From: Phoronis australis
Lineage: Eukaryota > Animalia > Phoronida
Assembly (NCBI GenBank): GCA_002633005.1
Contig: NMRA01000073.1
Span: 230,365 to 294,364, forward strand
Direction: 5' to 3'
DNA length: 64,000 bases
Positions 24,301 through 36,300 of this stretch are shown here, piece by piece. A program made the translations under genes and the position numbers. Every line of letters begins with the position of its first letter. The stretch's first letter is position 1. A model generated the notes under the pieces. It saw nothing but the letters and a program-made list of their open reading frames with translations, did no database searches and was not told the DNA's origin.

Positions 24301-27300
24301 AATTGCAAATTGTGATACCAGATCTGTCTGTGTTGACGACTGATGGCTTACACCACGGTCTGCGTAATTATCTAAACAATTTATTAGAATGAGAGGAGCT
24401 TGTAGACCACTTGTGGCCCAACGTACTGAAATATAATTATAGTGCTTTACAACGAACTCTAACAAACAATGTAGGCCTGACTCAAGTCTTAACAACGAGA
24501 ACACCTGCTAGTGCGAAAAAACCGTTTCGATAAATTTGCGAGCAGACTACGCAGAAGTGAAAGATTTCGCCATAATAATGTGAAACATTAACTTTATTTC
24601 TCATGGAGTGTGCTTTCTTCAATTTTATCTTAAAGCTAATGAGATGGGAATATGTATTAGTATTATGAGCTTCTGTACCCAGCTGGTACGTAGCACGACT
24701 TTGGTGTATAGAACCTGGAGCCAGACATTGCCAACACACATCCATAAGCAAACGTTCATCATATGACTCTCGTGTACTGTTATTTGTACCCAGTCTCTCT
24801 TATACGATTGCGAGATATCCATGCACATTTGCGTGTTATCGTTTCCTCCAGAGAGGTTTTCAATACTCGATTGGGCGGTTAGATACCTTCCAACTATATG
24901 AGTGATGTCACTGGAGCATCACCAACAATAAAATACTCTAGGTAAGGGCTGGTTGAATTTCCAGAGTTAGGTACAAAAAGCGTGCATGCGATTGGATATT
25001 AGGACCCCTAAGTCGACTAACTCGGTTGTCAAAGACAAAAAGACTCTAAAATGACGACATATTTAAAGCTGCTATAAATTCGAGTTCAGTCCAAGCAGCC
25101 AACTTTTGAATGAGACCAATTACTAATTGCTATAAAATTGGTCTCAACCTCCTTCTTAGTCAGATGAAAAGTGAATTCTGGTATTGCAACGAACTGACAG
25201 GTCGTTCTTTCTTGAGACAATGGTCATTGATTAATGTGACACCTGGCGACAAGTCAACTTGTAGAGCCTGATCTCAAGTTAAAATGAACTATAAGTTCTT
25301 TCAATGCCCTAAAGTCACATCCAATTTGTTTAAATTAAGTAACAACTCGAGACAGATTTTATAAGTGATCTAATTCAAAAATAGTTTTTGTAATGGAAGG
25401 TGGGTTTATTGCCCTTTTAAATAGAATCATTCGAGGTTTCCGAATACATGTAGAGCACATTCACTGTTCCAGCTACATCGCAGATAGCAAAACGCGTTTT
25501 ACAACGTATGCTTTGTCGGCATGTCTCAAAAATAGTGCTGCAAAGACGTAGTAAATTGTAAACTCACAATGACAGTCTGGCGTTTCAGACCACGTGCCAT
25601 CTTCCATACACGTAATGTTTGTGATAACAGCGTAGTATCTTGTGTCTGAGCAACGGTAGGTAAGGACAGATCCAAATGTGGTTTCATTTCCCTCTGCAGA
25701 TCCTTTGCGAGATGAATACGGTCCGCAGTCGACAGCTGTAAGTGAAATGCTATGTTTTAGCAATGGACTGAAACCTAGTTAAAGATCGTCTGTATTTTCT
25801 GCAATCATTTCACGCAAAAGGAGTTGCCATTGTCTATTTGCAATGTTTTCCTAGTTCAGCAAATAATCTGGCTTACAACAATTTTTGAAGGCACCTGCAT
25901 CGTACGAACCTTGTCTATAGCGAAGAATTTCTTAATGTTTAATTTTGTGAGAAAATTGTAAAAGTGAAAATCCACTCGATTTCCACATTATGTGCTAAGT
26001 GATGAATTACCGTATATTGCAAGTTCCGAAAAACGAATGCAATACAGAATTCGCATACCGTCCGATCAACAGGCAGATCGGACGTCTGATCTGCTGTTTG
26101 AAAAAATCCACATTATAGTCCGGTCCTTTAGCAGCCAAAAACACCAAAACATTTACACCCCGGATTAAAGCACACAGGTACTTTGACACACGCTGAATCT
26201 CATGGGGGTCGGTTGCCCGAAATTTGAGGCCAAGGTCAAGGACAAATCAAGGTCAAAGTTCATAAGGTCAAATTTTTTGAAATGGCTCGACAGGTAATAT
26301 CAGCTTCATTACTGTTTCATATGATTATTAGGAAGCTTTTTTTAAAATTCAAATTAACGTTGAAAACTTGTACACATAAGTTAAATGCAAAAAAAAATTA
26401 ATTTTCAGGATACTTAAGACGGTAATTAACATAATTAATAGAGCATGTATATTTTCGATGAAAATAAGTCTTTTTTTGTTTTCTCCCGCTGAGAAAAACT
26501 GTCAAACTGGCATAATTTTGCATTAAGTCAACTCCAGCATGATTTATCTTTAAAAGAAATTCATTTTTAGATGTTTTTGTGAAAATATTTGCGGTTAATT
26601 AAGTAACGAATCGTCCGAGATTACAGGAAATCTGACATCTCCCTGCTACATTTCAAGGAACAATTGTAGAAACTTTTATCATCATTTTTAATTTTATCAT
26701 AGCTAATGGTAATTTTTTCAATCACTGTGTTATTACATTTTTGTTTGAAGTTGATTGTGACATAAATTAAACGTAATTAAAAGTAATTAAGGTAATTTAA
26801 GGTTTCCAGTAGGACAAAATAACAAAGCAGGTTTTACTTGTTGTATCACAACTCAGACAGACCTTATATATCTGAGATCACAATAATGTGAAGTCCTAGC
26901 TGCACTAAAACTTAAAACAGGTCCAGGCATAATTAATTATGTTGAGGAACACATGTTATAAACAAAAGTCTAATTTAAAACTTTGCTTCCATGTAATTGT
27001 TTATGTCTAACAACTGAAGCTTAACCCTGCTCATCCAGACAATAGTATTCAAGCACATGGTATCATCTCTGAGACTCACAGAATGTTGACCTCCANAAAT
27101 ACATCGTCTAGTCTGCTCTTCAGTGAATGGCATATTCAAGGTTTTTGGGAGAGTGTGAGGAACCGACGAATAAGTAAAATAAATGTCTTCAGGAAATACA
27201 GTTTGAAAAAACAAACTTTTAACTAAAAAGTATCTCAACATTACAATGCAGTATATTGTAAAATTATGAAAATATGAAATTATGCTCATTAACGTCGACG

Positions 27301-30300
27301 TACTCTCTCCCCAAGTTTAGTAGTACAGGGTCATTGGTAGATGCACATGTAACTATTTCCGTGGAAACGGTAGCACGCTCACATTTCGCTATTTTGGATC
27401 ACGTTCTTACGCGAACCAGAGCAGATTCGCGTGTAAGTAGGTCTTATGGGAAAGTCAATCGGCGACGTAATATGATTTGAAATATGTAAAAAGCGCAAAG
27501 ATACTTCTATTGTCACAGGTCGTGGGTTGAGGGGCTTGTGGGTCGTGGGAAGGGGCTGATCCAGAACTGTGATTTGGGGGAAGGGCAGGGCAGAGTATTA
27601 GCCAGAATTTTGCCTGTCAGACATTCGCACCCCCGAACTGCTAAATGGAATCTGGGAAATTTCTAAGGTCTCCCCAACTTAAATCCGCCACTGCCTGGTC
27701 TTACGTTGACACTTTGGAACTGAGGACCACGTTGCATTCTCATGACAAGTTATCAATGGGTCACCAATCATATAAAATCCTTTCTTGCAAAGACACGACA
27801 TTTGAGAACCAATCTCAGTAGAGTTTCCAAGCAGAACTCCGTTTTCGACAATAGGGTAGTCACACGCCTCATCTGTAAATAGAGTGGTATATTCAAGAAT
27901 GAAATCATATTCCATGCACTCCACACTTCATGAAATGTACACTGTAAGCCGGAAATTACAAATCTCCCTATTAAGAAAGTTTATTTTTGCTCTTCATTGG
28001 GAAACGTAGTGCGCATGTGTATAAACTACCGGCCATCTTTGAATTGATGACCCGCTAGTTCAAAAAAATGGGTTCAACTTGATATGTTCCAGGGAAAGGT
28101 TTATAATCGGTAATAGTCGAATTTTACGTGATATGTCACGATTTTGTTTTTATTGTTTGTTTACTGTCACCGAGTAATTAGTGAACCAGTGCCCAAATGC
28201 CCAATACACTATTTGAGATCACTAAGGCCGTATAACGCTAGTAAGCAGACGGGTCGTCCTAACTTTCCAAATAAATTCAAGTCTTTACTCAACTTTTAAT
28301 CGCGAAGTATACTATTTTGATCGCAGTAAATGTTTGTAGAAACAACTGATATTTGTAACAGAAAATCTCGCGCGGTTTGAGAAAAACTTCGCCAACGAAA
28401 AGTTCGCCATTTTATATTTATGAGCGGAAAGGAAGTTCCACTTAAAAACTACAGATGTGCATGGCAGAACTAGTAAGAAATCCCACGAATTTATGCACTT
28501 ACAATAGCATGTCGGAAGTGTCGTCCACTTGCCATTCAGTTGACAGTAAGCTTGTGCGGCACCAATAAGTCTGCTGTTGTTATTGCACTTGATCTGTACA
28601 ACGGTACCGTAACTTGCGACTGGTCGGACTGTACCGAGTGCAATTATCGTCGCATTCGTGATATTTGGAGGCGCACAGTGAACTGTTAACAACATAAGAA
28701 GGATGAAATACAGGACATTGCTTTACACTGTGCACCAGAATTATTGGTTGTGCTCATCAAAATTGTTAATACTAATAATTACAGATGTTCACATACTACT
28801 GCCGTCATTTCCCTTGACTTATTGAAGCACAACGATGGATTTTGAACTGACTACATACTGTATATTCATTGAATTCTGAAGATTTTGTAATAAACATAAA
28901 AAACTACATACTCTCTTGAACCAAAAATAGAATTCCTAAAACGTTTTATAAACCAGAGCCTACCCATGAAATTACATATTTTTCAAGTTTGACACAGAAA
29001 TCAGCATGAACATAGGTCCACAGATGTGAAGGGTTTCTGTATCAACACTACTGCAACTCATTGAAATGCCATGAAGCCGTTATATTGGGGCCGTTAACTC
29101 GACTGCTAAAGGCTCACAGGCCTTCGACTTTGACTCATTTAAACGCAACTGGATGATAACCAGGCCGCTAGTTGAGTGCAAAAATAACAGCCGTGAATTG
29201 TGACGATATCTACAGTAGACTTAAAAAACAATACGGTGACTACGAACTGCCAGTCAGTTTACTCTTCAAATAGTACTTTCTGTCACTAGCCAACGTTTGA
29301 AAAATATGTGGTTTCACCGCTCTTACAGTAGGCAGTTGGCATCGAAACGAAACATGAACAACTTTGACCTGACGTAACTTACGATATTTGTTCATTTGAT
29401 GCAAGTTGCAAGCAACGGTTAAAAATACAAATCCTGAATATTCCACCGTTCACCAAAATAACATAACCACAGCAGTGATCTCATTTGGTGGGTTATTGTT
29501 GAAGATGCACACTGGCGTAAATACAAACAATAAACAAAAAAACTGTTAACATTAACGATGCGTGATGTATCAAACAGCCCATGTTAATAATTGTCATGAA
29601 ACACTTCATGCGAAATGACTCATAAGCTCTCACTGGATAGATCATTGTTATTGTGCACAAGAAAACCTCACTTGTGGTCTACAAAGTGTTTCAAAATACG
29701 GGCAATCCATTTCAGTATTATAAAGAAGGCAACCTTTTTCATGTCATTTTTAGTAAAAAATACGTTTCGTTGATAATCCCAGATATTTGTTTCGATTAAT
29801 AACGGCTTCCCGCAATTTTATTAATTAGTCGTGCCTTACTCCGGAAATGACGTTTAGGGGGTTAAGAATTTCCCACCATTTCGTTTTCATATAGTCTGAC
29901 TGTGTGACCTGTCGAGTCGGTCATTGTTTTATCTCGATTGTAATGAGTTCGGTTGCCTTTTGCGTTTGTTTACGAGTGAGTCAACATGCCGCACGGCTGC
30001 TTCGCACCGGGGTGTACTCATTATTGTCTCCCACACTTTGGGAATGCCATTACACTGTTTTCCGAAAGATAACACGCTCCGCCGTACTTGGCCCGTTCGC
30101 GTGAAAAACGCAGCGTTACCGTCCACGCAACGTACAAAGCAGTGGGGAATTACGGAGTGTGTGGCAAGCATTTTCTGCCGTTGGATTACGAAAGAGATAT
30201 GTACGCGGAATTGATGAAGGTTCCTGCAAAACAACGCCTGAAAAAGGCTGCCATATTGTCGTTGTTGATTCCCGGTAGTGCCCTTCGCCACCCACGAGAA

Positions 30301-33300
30301 GTACATTTTTGAAGCGGGTAACCTCGCAAGCTGTAGTCTCTACAGCAACTAGAGGCGCTTCATCGCCTGTCGCCCGTGCCTCCAAACGTACCCCCAGAGC
30401 GTGCAATTTCGAGAACTAGCAGTGATTCGCCCTATGTAGGTGTTGTCTCCCGCCCAGAGCCTGTAAGCAGAACTGCAGCGTTGTTGAGTAGAGGGAGTCA
30501 AAACAGGCCAAGTTCGACACCCAGTGGGGAGGACAGTTCGTCGTCCAGTGCTTAGGCCGGTGAGCCAAACTTTGATAAGTTTATTGTGGACTTGACTAAA
30601 GTATTGGAGCTACTTAGAAGGTGCCACGTGTGTGGCGAGGGAGTCACACGGCTGGATGTAAGCGGTTTGGGTGCTCAGGTCACCATCAAGTAAGATCCGT
30701 AGCATGGGCATTCCATTGAGGTCGGCGTAACAGTGCACACATTGCATCTGCACCAAGACGTCCCACCACGTCTATCCCCAGTCTCTGCCTCATCCCTCTC
30801 AACAGCTGTCTGTATGTTGCCTCACTGTACTTGGGCTCAAACATATACCCACCCATTGCTACTACAATCTTAAATATTCCTAAATCCAAAGTAGCTGATT
30901 TATCTAACAACATACCTTGTCGTAGAATACTCGTCAAAGGGAAGTGGTGACGACAATTTTAGGAGACCAGCAAAGAAACAATAGTAGAAAAGATCGTCAC
31001 AGTAACTCGAAAGCACTAGAAACGATATGGCGGGGAATTTTTAACCCACAAATCGTCACTTCCGTAGTAGTGCACGACTAATTAACAAATTTACGAAAAG
31101 CCGTAATTAACAAGCATATGTCTGGGATAACCAACGAACCGTATTTTTTACTAGAAACGACAAGAAAAAGGGTTGCCTCCCCCTTTAATAATTTTGATAA
31201 TATTAATACTGAATTTCTATTCAAAATCACTCACAACTGCAAAAATCCAAACTTAACTAACCACACCTGCGAACAGCCCCAATAAGATGTGAGGAACACC
31301 AAAATCAGACAGAAAGTTCACTGCAACATCTTCTGACCATGGATTTAAGAGGAGGGGAGATTTTGTGGGAAACCGGCAAGTTTATTCAGAAACGTAGCTA
31401 GGAACTGAAGAATTTACAAATATTAGTGTAAGCACGTGATCAAGGATTTGTTAAGGGCTGATCCACAAGAGTTCCAAATCAAACACAAACTAGCACTTGC
31501 TGAAAACAAAAAAAACAACAACAAAACACAGCGATGTGGGGGTGGTTCTAAAACGACATGGATCTCGACTCTTTTGTTTCACTCGCTCTCTGAACACGCC
31601 AGTAGCAACATCAATGTGTTCCCTGAGTAGCACAGGCCCGGAACGAGGTCCCTCAGCACCGTTATTGTCTGTGAAGTGATCATCATCCGGAGGATTCGTG
31701 CCATTAGTAAAGAAGAAGGAATCAACGTGATTGCCAACTTCGGTCGCCGGCATTTTAATAGCTCTGCCTTTTGAACTAAAGGATTTGAACAGTTAATTTT
31801 TGAAATAATTATTACTATGCCTGCTTTATAATGTTTAATCCATCGAGGAGTTGCTTGATTGACGTTTTATTACGTAATGGATTAGGCAAAGAATATAATT
31901 GGTTCTTGTCTGTTTTTTTCGTAAATCTAGTCGGTGTTGTTTGGCATTTTATTTATACACTTTTACAAACAAAGAAAATGCGCAGAGACGAGCAAAAATG
32001 ATGCGGCATTTTTAATTTTGATTGCAGAGGGACGGCGACACTTAAGTGAAAACTCCAAAAGTTACTTTTGATTCATGCGTGTGACAGCAAACGTGGATTT
32101 GGCGTCACAATGCAGCATGTCACCAAACAGCAATCAAAACCAGTCCTTTAGACAGCAAGTTTCGCCAACACAAAGATTCTGTTGCCACATGAATAGAATT
32201 GGATGAATAGAAGTTTGGACGCACACCTCGTCGTCCCGCGACGTCTAACACGGGGAAAGAAAACCAAGTCAGGAATTATGGAGGTGTTTCATATAGTACC
32301 TGCGCAAATGCAAATTTTAATCATACAGCAAGTCATGGGACTATCAAAATGATGGATGTCGTCAAGTGAACCGTGATTTCCCTGTGATAGCAAACTTAAG
32401 CCTGAGTGAGTTTTACCTCATACAGACTAAGCGTTGCGAATAACCGTGGCATACTACATTTTGAAACCTGATTTCATCCATTTCTTGACTAAATACCATT
32501 GCTATGTACACAAAACGTACCGAGAGTGACGTACATGAAATAATATCCCACCAGACATTATTCCGTGTACCGACCGAGACCGAAGTTTTGTATTTATCCG
32601 ACACGCATCGAATTCGTGAGTTTCTTTTGTTTTCTTTCGGCATTTTATAAATACTTCACCCTGACGGGGCGAATCACAGCCTGTTGTGTATGAACATGCG
32701 CATTACTGTTGCTAACTTACTATAGTAAAAGAAAACAGTATTAAATGTAACGGTTTATTACTTGAAATTGATAAAAAGTATGAAAACGACAGTTATTGTG
32801 CATGGAACTTGTATCATATTTTGAAAATAAATAAATAAAAATATTTATAACATTGTAAAATCCTCATCGGGTAGCTGCACTCATTCATGAAACTAGGTCA
32901 TTGACCGGAGCGCGTAACCAACACGTCGTGTGTTTTCACGAAGATATTAAAAGTGCCACAGTTGATGACAGCTCCGGCGAATATGCCTGTTGTAGCGTTG
33001 TTGCAGGTACGTTGTCGCATTTCTATGGATTCTGTAGCACGGATACATGTAGATTCACGTGTTGCTGGGACGGTCGTCGTTGCTGCTCGAACACTGTCGC
33101 CGATAGTATCAGGTGCTGTCATGGCCAGTGACCCTTTGTTGGCTTCGTTGACTTTAAAACGTGATTTTTATGCGCCCACATGTTTATATGTAGACGCATT
33201 ATGCCGTCATCTCCGTCCGTCCGTCCGTCCGTCCGTCCGTCCGTCCGTCCGTCCGTCCGTCCGTCCGTCCGTCCGTCCGTCCGGGCGGCGTCCGTCCGGC

Positions 33301-36300
33301 GTCCGCTGCTTTATCTCCAAAACCCTTTGACATACGTTCATGAAATTTAGCATATATGTTCCATTCATGAATGGGACGGCATGAGCGAACTTTTGGACGG
33401 ATCCGACTACCGGTGTGCCCACTAGTGGCAAATCTAGTTTTTTACGCTTACCTTTGTATCTTCAAAAGTCCTGAACGGATTTACATGAAATTTGGTATGT
33501 AGGCACCTATTACTGAGATAACGCTATTCTCTCGTTTTGGGATAGATTAGACGTAGTTTGCGCTACCTAGTGGCCATTTTTACTGTTTTCGAATCTGTTT
33601 TTTGCGTCCACCCCTCTATCAACAAAACCGCTCAAAGGATGATTGTGAAAATTGGCATGTAGGCTATGTGCTTACTATGAAGAGGACGGTTGACGATGAT
33701 TTTCCGACGATTTCGACTACCGTGGCGCCTCCTAGTGGCAGTTTTTTTTGCGCCTATGGCTGTATCTCCTAAACCGTTCACAGGATATTTACAAAATTTA
33801 GTAAGTATATTTATATGACGTCAACAATGGACAAGGATGACTATTGGACAGATCCGACTACCGGTGTGCCCCCTAGTGGCAATTTCATTTTTTACGTTTA
33901 GGTTTATAACTTCAAAAGTCCTTAACGGATTTTCATGAAATTTAATATGTAGGCACCTATTAGTGAGGTGACGCTATCCCCCCGTGTTCGAATGGATTCG
34001 ACGTAGTTTGCGCCACCTAGTGGCCATTTTTACTGTTTTCGAGTCTGTTTTTTGCGTCCACCCCTCTATCAACCATACCGCTCTAAGGATGATTGGCACG
34101 TATGTGCTTAGTATAAAGAGGACGGTTGACGATGATTTTCCGACGATTTCGACTACTGCGGCGCCTCCTAGTGGCAGTTTTGTTTTTGTTGCTCCTATGG
34201 CTGTATCTCCTAAACCGTTCACAGTGTTAGTTCACTTAGCCAGGGTTTGTTTTGTTTATGTAGTTTGTAGTGTAGCCACCAGGAGTCTTCTCTACTTCCT
34301 GTAGAGTGATATGTGCGCCCTTATATTTTCATTGAGCTATTGTCTTTGAACCATTGTGGTGGAGATGTACTCAGATTGACCATGGGTGTGGTGCACAGCC
34401 GCTGCATTAGTTTTCTGACAGTCTTGTGAGACAGATATTCGGTTTGGCAGCCACAGGGCTTCACATTCTGTAAGTTGAAATTTGTTATTTTGTTTTCTCT
34501 TATACTGTGTAAAGTCAGTAACTAGAATTTGGTCAGTGAGTTGCTTACTTTGTTTACTACAGTTTAGTCTGACTTAACTGCTAGTTTAACTACTGTTTAT
34601 AGGTTTTCCTATTTAGCGATTGTGGAATGTTATGCTGTGTGCAGAGTCATGTTTGGTAGATTTTGATATCTCGTTTATTGTAGTTTTGTTGTTTTTTCAG
34701 TAAACGTATCTATGTGACACAGAATCAAGCTGTTTTCATTAATCCGGATTGCCCGGCCTGTGGTGTCGTCACCCGCAGGATCTTTACTTAATTTAGCAAG
34801 TGTATTTATATGATGCTGACTACCGATGACAACGACTTTCGGACAGATTTGTCTACTGCTGTGCCCCCTTGTGGCAATTTTAGTTTTTTACAGTATCTTC
34901 AAAGGTCCTCCAGAGATTTTCATGAAATTTTAAGTATAGGCATCTATTGGTGTGATGACGCTATCTTCCTGTTTTTGGATGGAATCGAGGTATTTTGCAC
35001 CATCTAGTGGCCATTTTTACTGTTTTCAAATCTTGCTTTTGGTGTCCACCCCTGTATCAACCAAATCATTTGAAAATTGGCATATATGTTCTCAGTGTGA
35101 AGACGACCTTTGATGATGATGATGACTGACTACTGTGGCGCCTCCTAGTGGTAGTTTTGTTTTGCGCCCATAGTTTTATCTCTTAAACCCACTGCAGGAT
35201 CTTTACTAAATTTAGTAATAGGTGTATTTATATGAAGATAACAACAGACGACGACTTTCAGGCGGATCAAACGGACACTGTGCCCACTAGTGGCAATTTC
35301 ATTTTATTTTGTTTTCCTTTGTTTCTCTGAAGTTCCTTGACAGGTTTTTATGAAATACGGCATGTTCCTGTTTTTGGATGGATTGTATGTTTTTGCGCCA
35401 TCTAGTGGCCATTTTTATGATACAAATAAACAACCCTAAAAGCACACCATTTGCAATGCATTCGTGGGCGCATTTCAACGCTCCGCGTTGCTCTTGTTGC
35501 ACTAGCAGTTGATGTGGCCTTAGTTTGCAGAATGTTGGACATTGCTCTCTGCTATGTCGTGAACGCTGATGCATAGTTGTTCAAACTTGCTACATTTTTG
35601 TGTCCACTGAGCTGCACGATTGTGGTATGTAGTATGCCTGCATGAAGGAGTTGTGAACACATGGTTCGCCTTACGCTGTGGTTGTTTTTTGCCCGGGAGG
35701 ACTGCTCCTTGTGCCGTCTTTCGTGAACGGCTTTGTAACTACTTTCTTTCTATGCCAGAGGCCGGCTTCGGAGGTCGTGACCTTTTAAGAAAAGCCGAGC
35801 TATTTTTGTCAAATAATGCTTATACTCAAAACCAACTGAAAATTTAAACAAAATAGAAATGAAGTGAATTCATAAATTAAGGTTTAGCATCTATTATAGA
35901 TTACTACACATTTTATCACGCCAAGATTCGACCGGGAAAATATCGTCTGCTAAAGTAGGTTACCACTAGTAACTGACTATAATACTCAAGTCAAAGGATC
36001 CCGACCACACGATACCCGCATTCAAATTGGATATCGGTGATTTAGAAGTTAGAGAACACGAGAGAAAAATTTCACTGAATTAAAATATGTTTTTTTTGGA
36101 AATTATGCGTCTTATTTTTCATAGCGTATAAATGTCGGTGCAATGCCCTTTACTGAACATGCGATTGTTGCGCGTGCTCATTCAAGTATTGTATTTTCAC
36201 GTTCGATGACGTCAGCCGCTTAGTGGTGTAGTGGTAAAGTCGGCGGAAATTCTTGATGCCCGGGTTCGAATCCGGCCTCGGTTTCCGCCAAAATGTTATC

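Noticed and set aside
31490-31753. 87-aa minus-strand ORF with a hydrophobic end, as a possible TM terminal exon for the CTL block
   Set aside because: The hydrophobic run comes from a T/G-rich simple tract, is short, and I could not support a strong acceptor.
32953-33431. ORFs with PSVR/DGRT repeats
   Set aside because: Translations of the (CCGT)n microsatellite.
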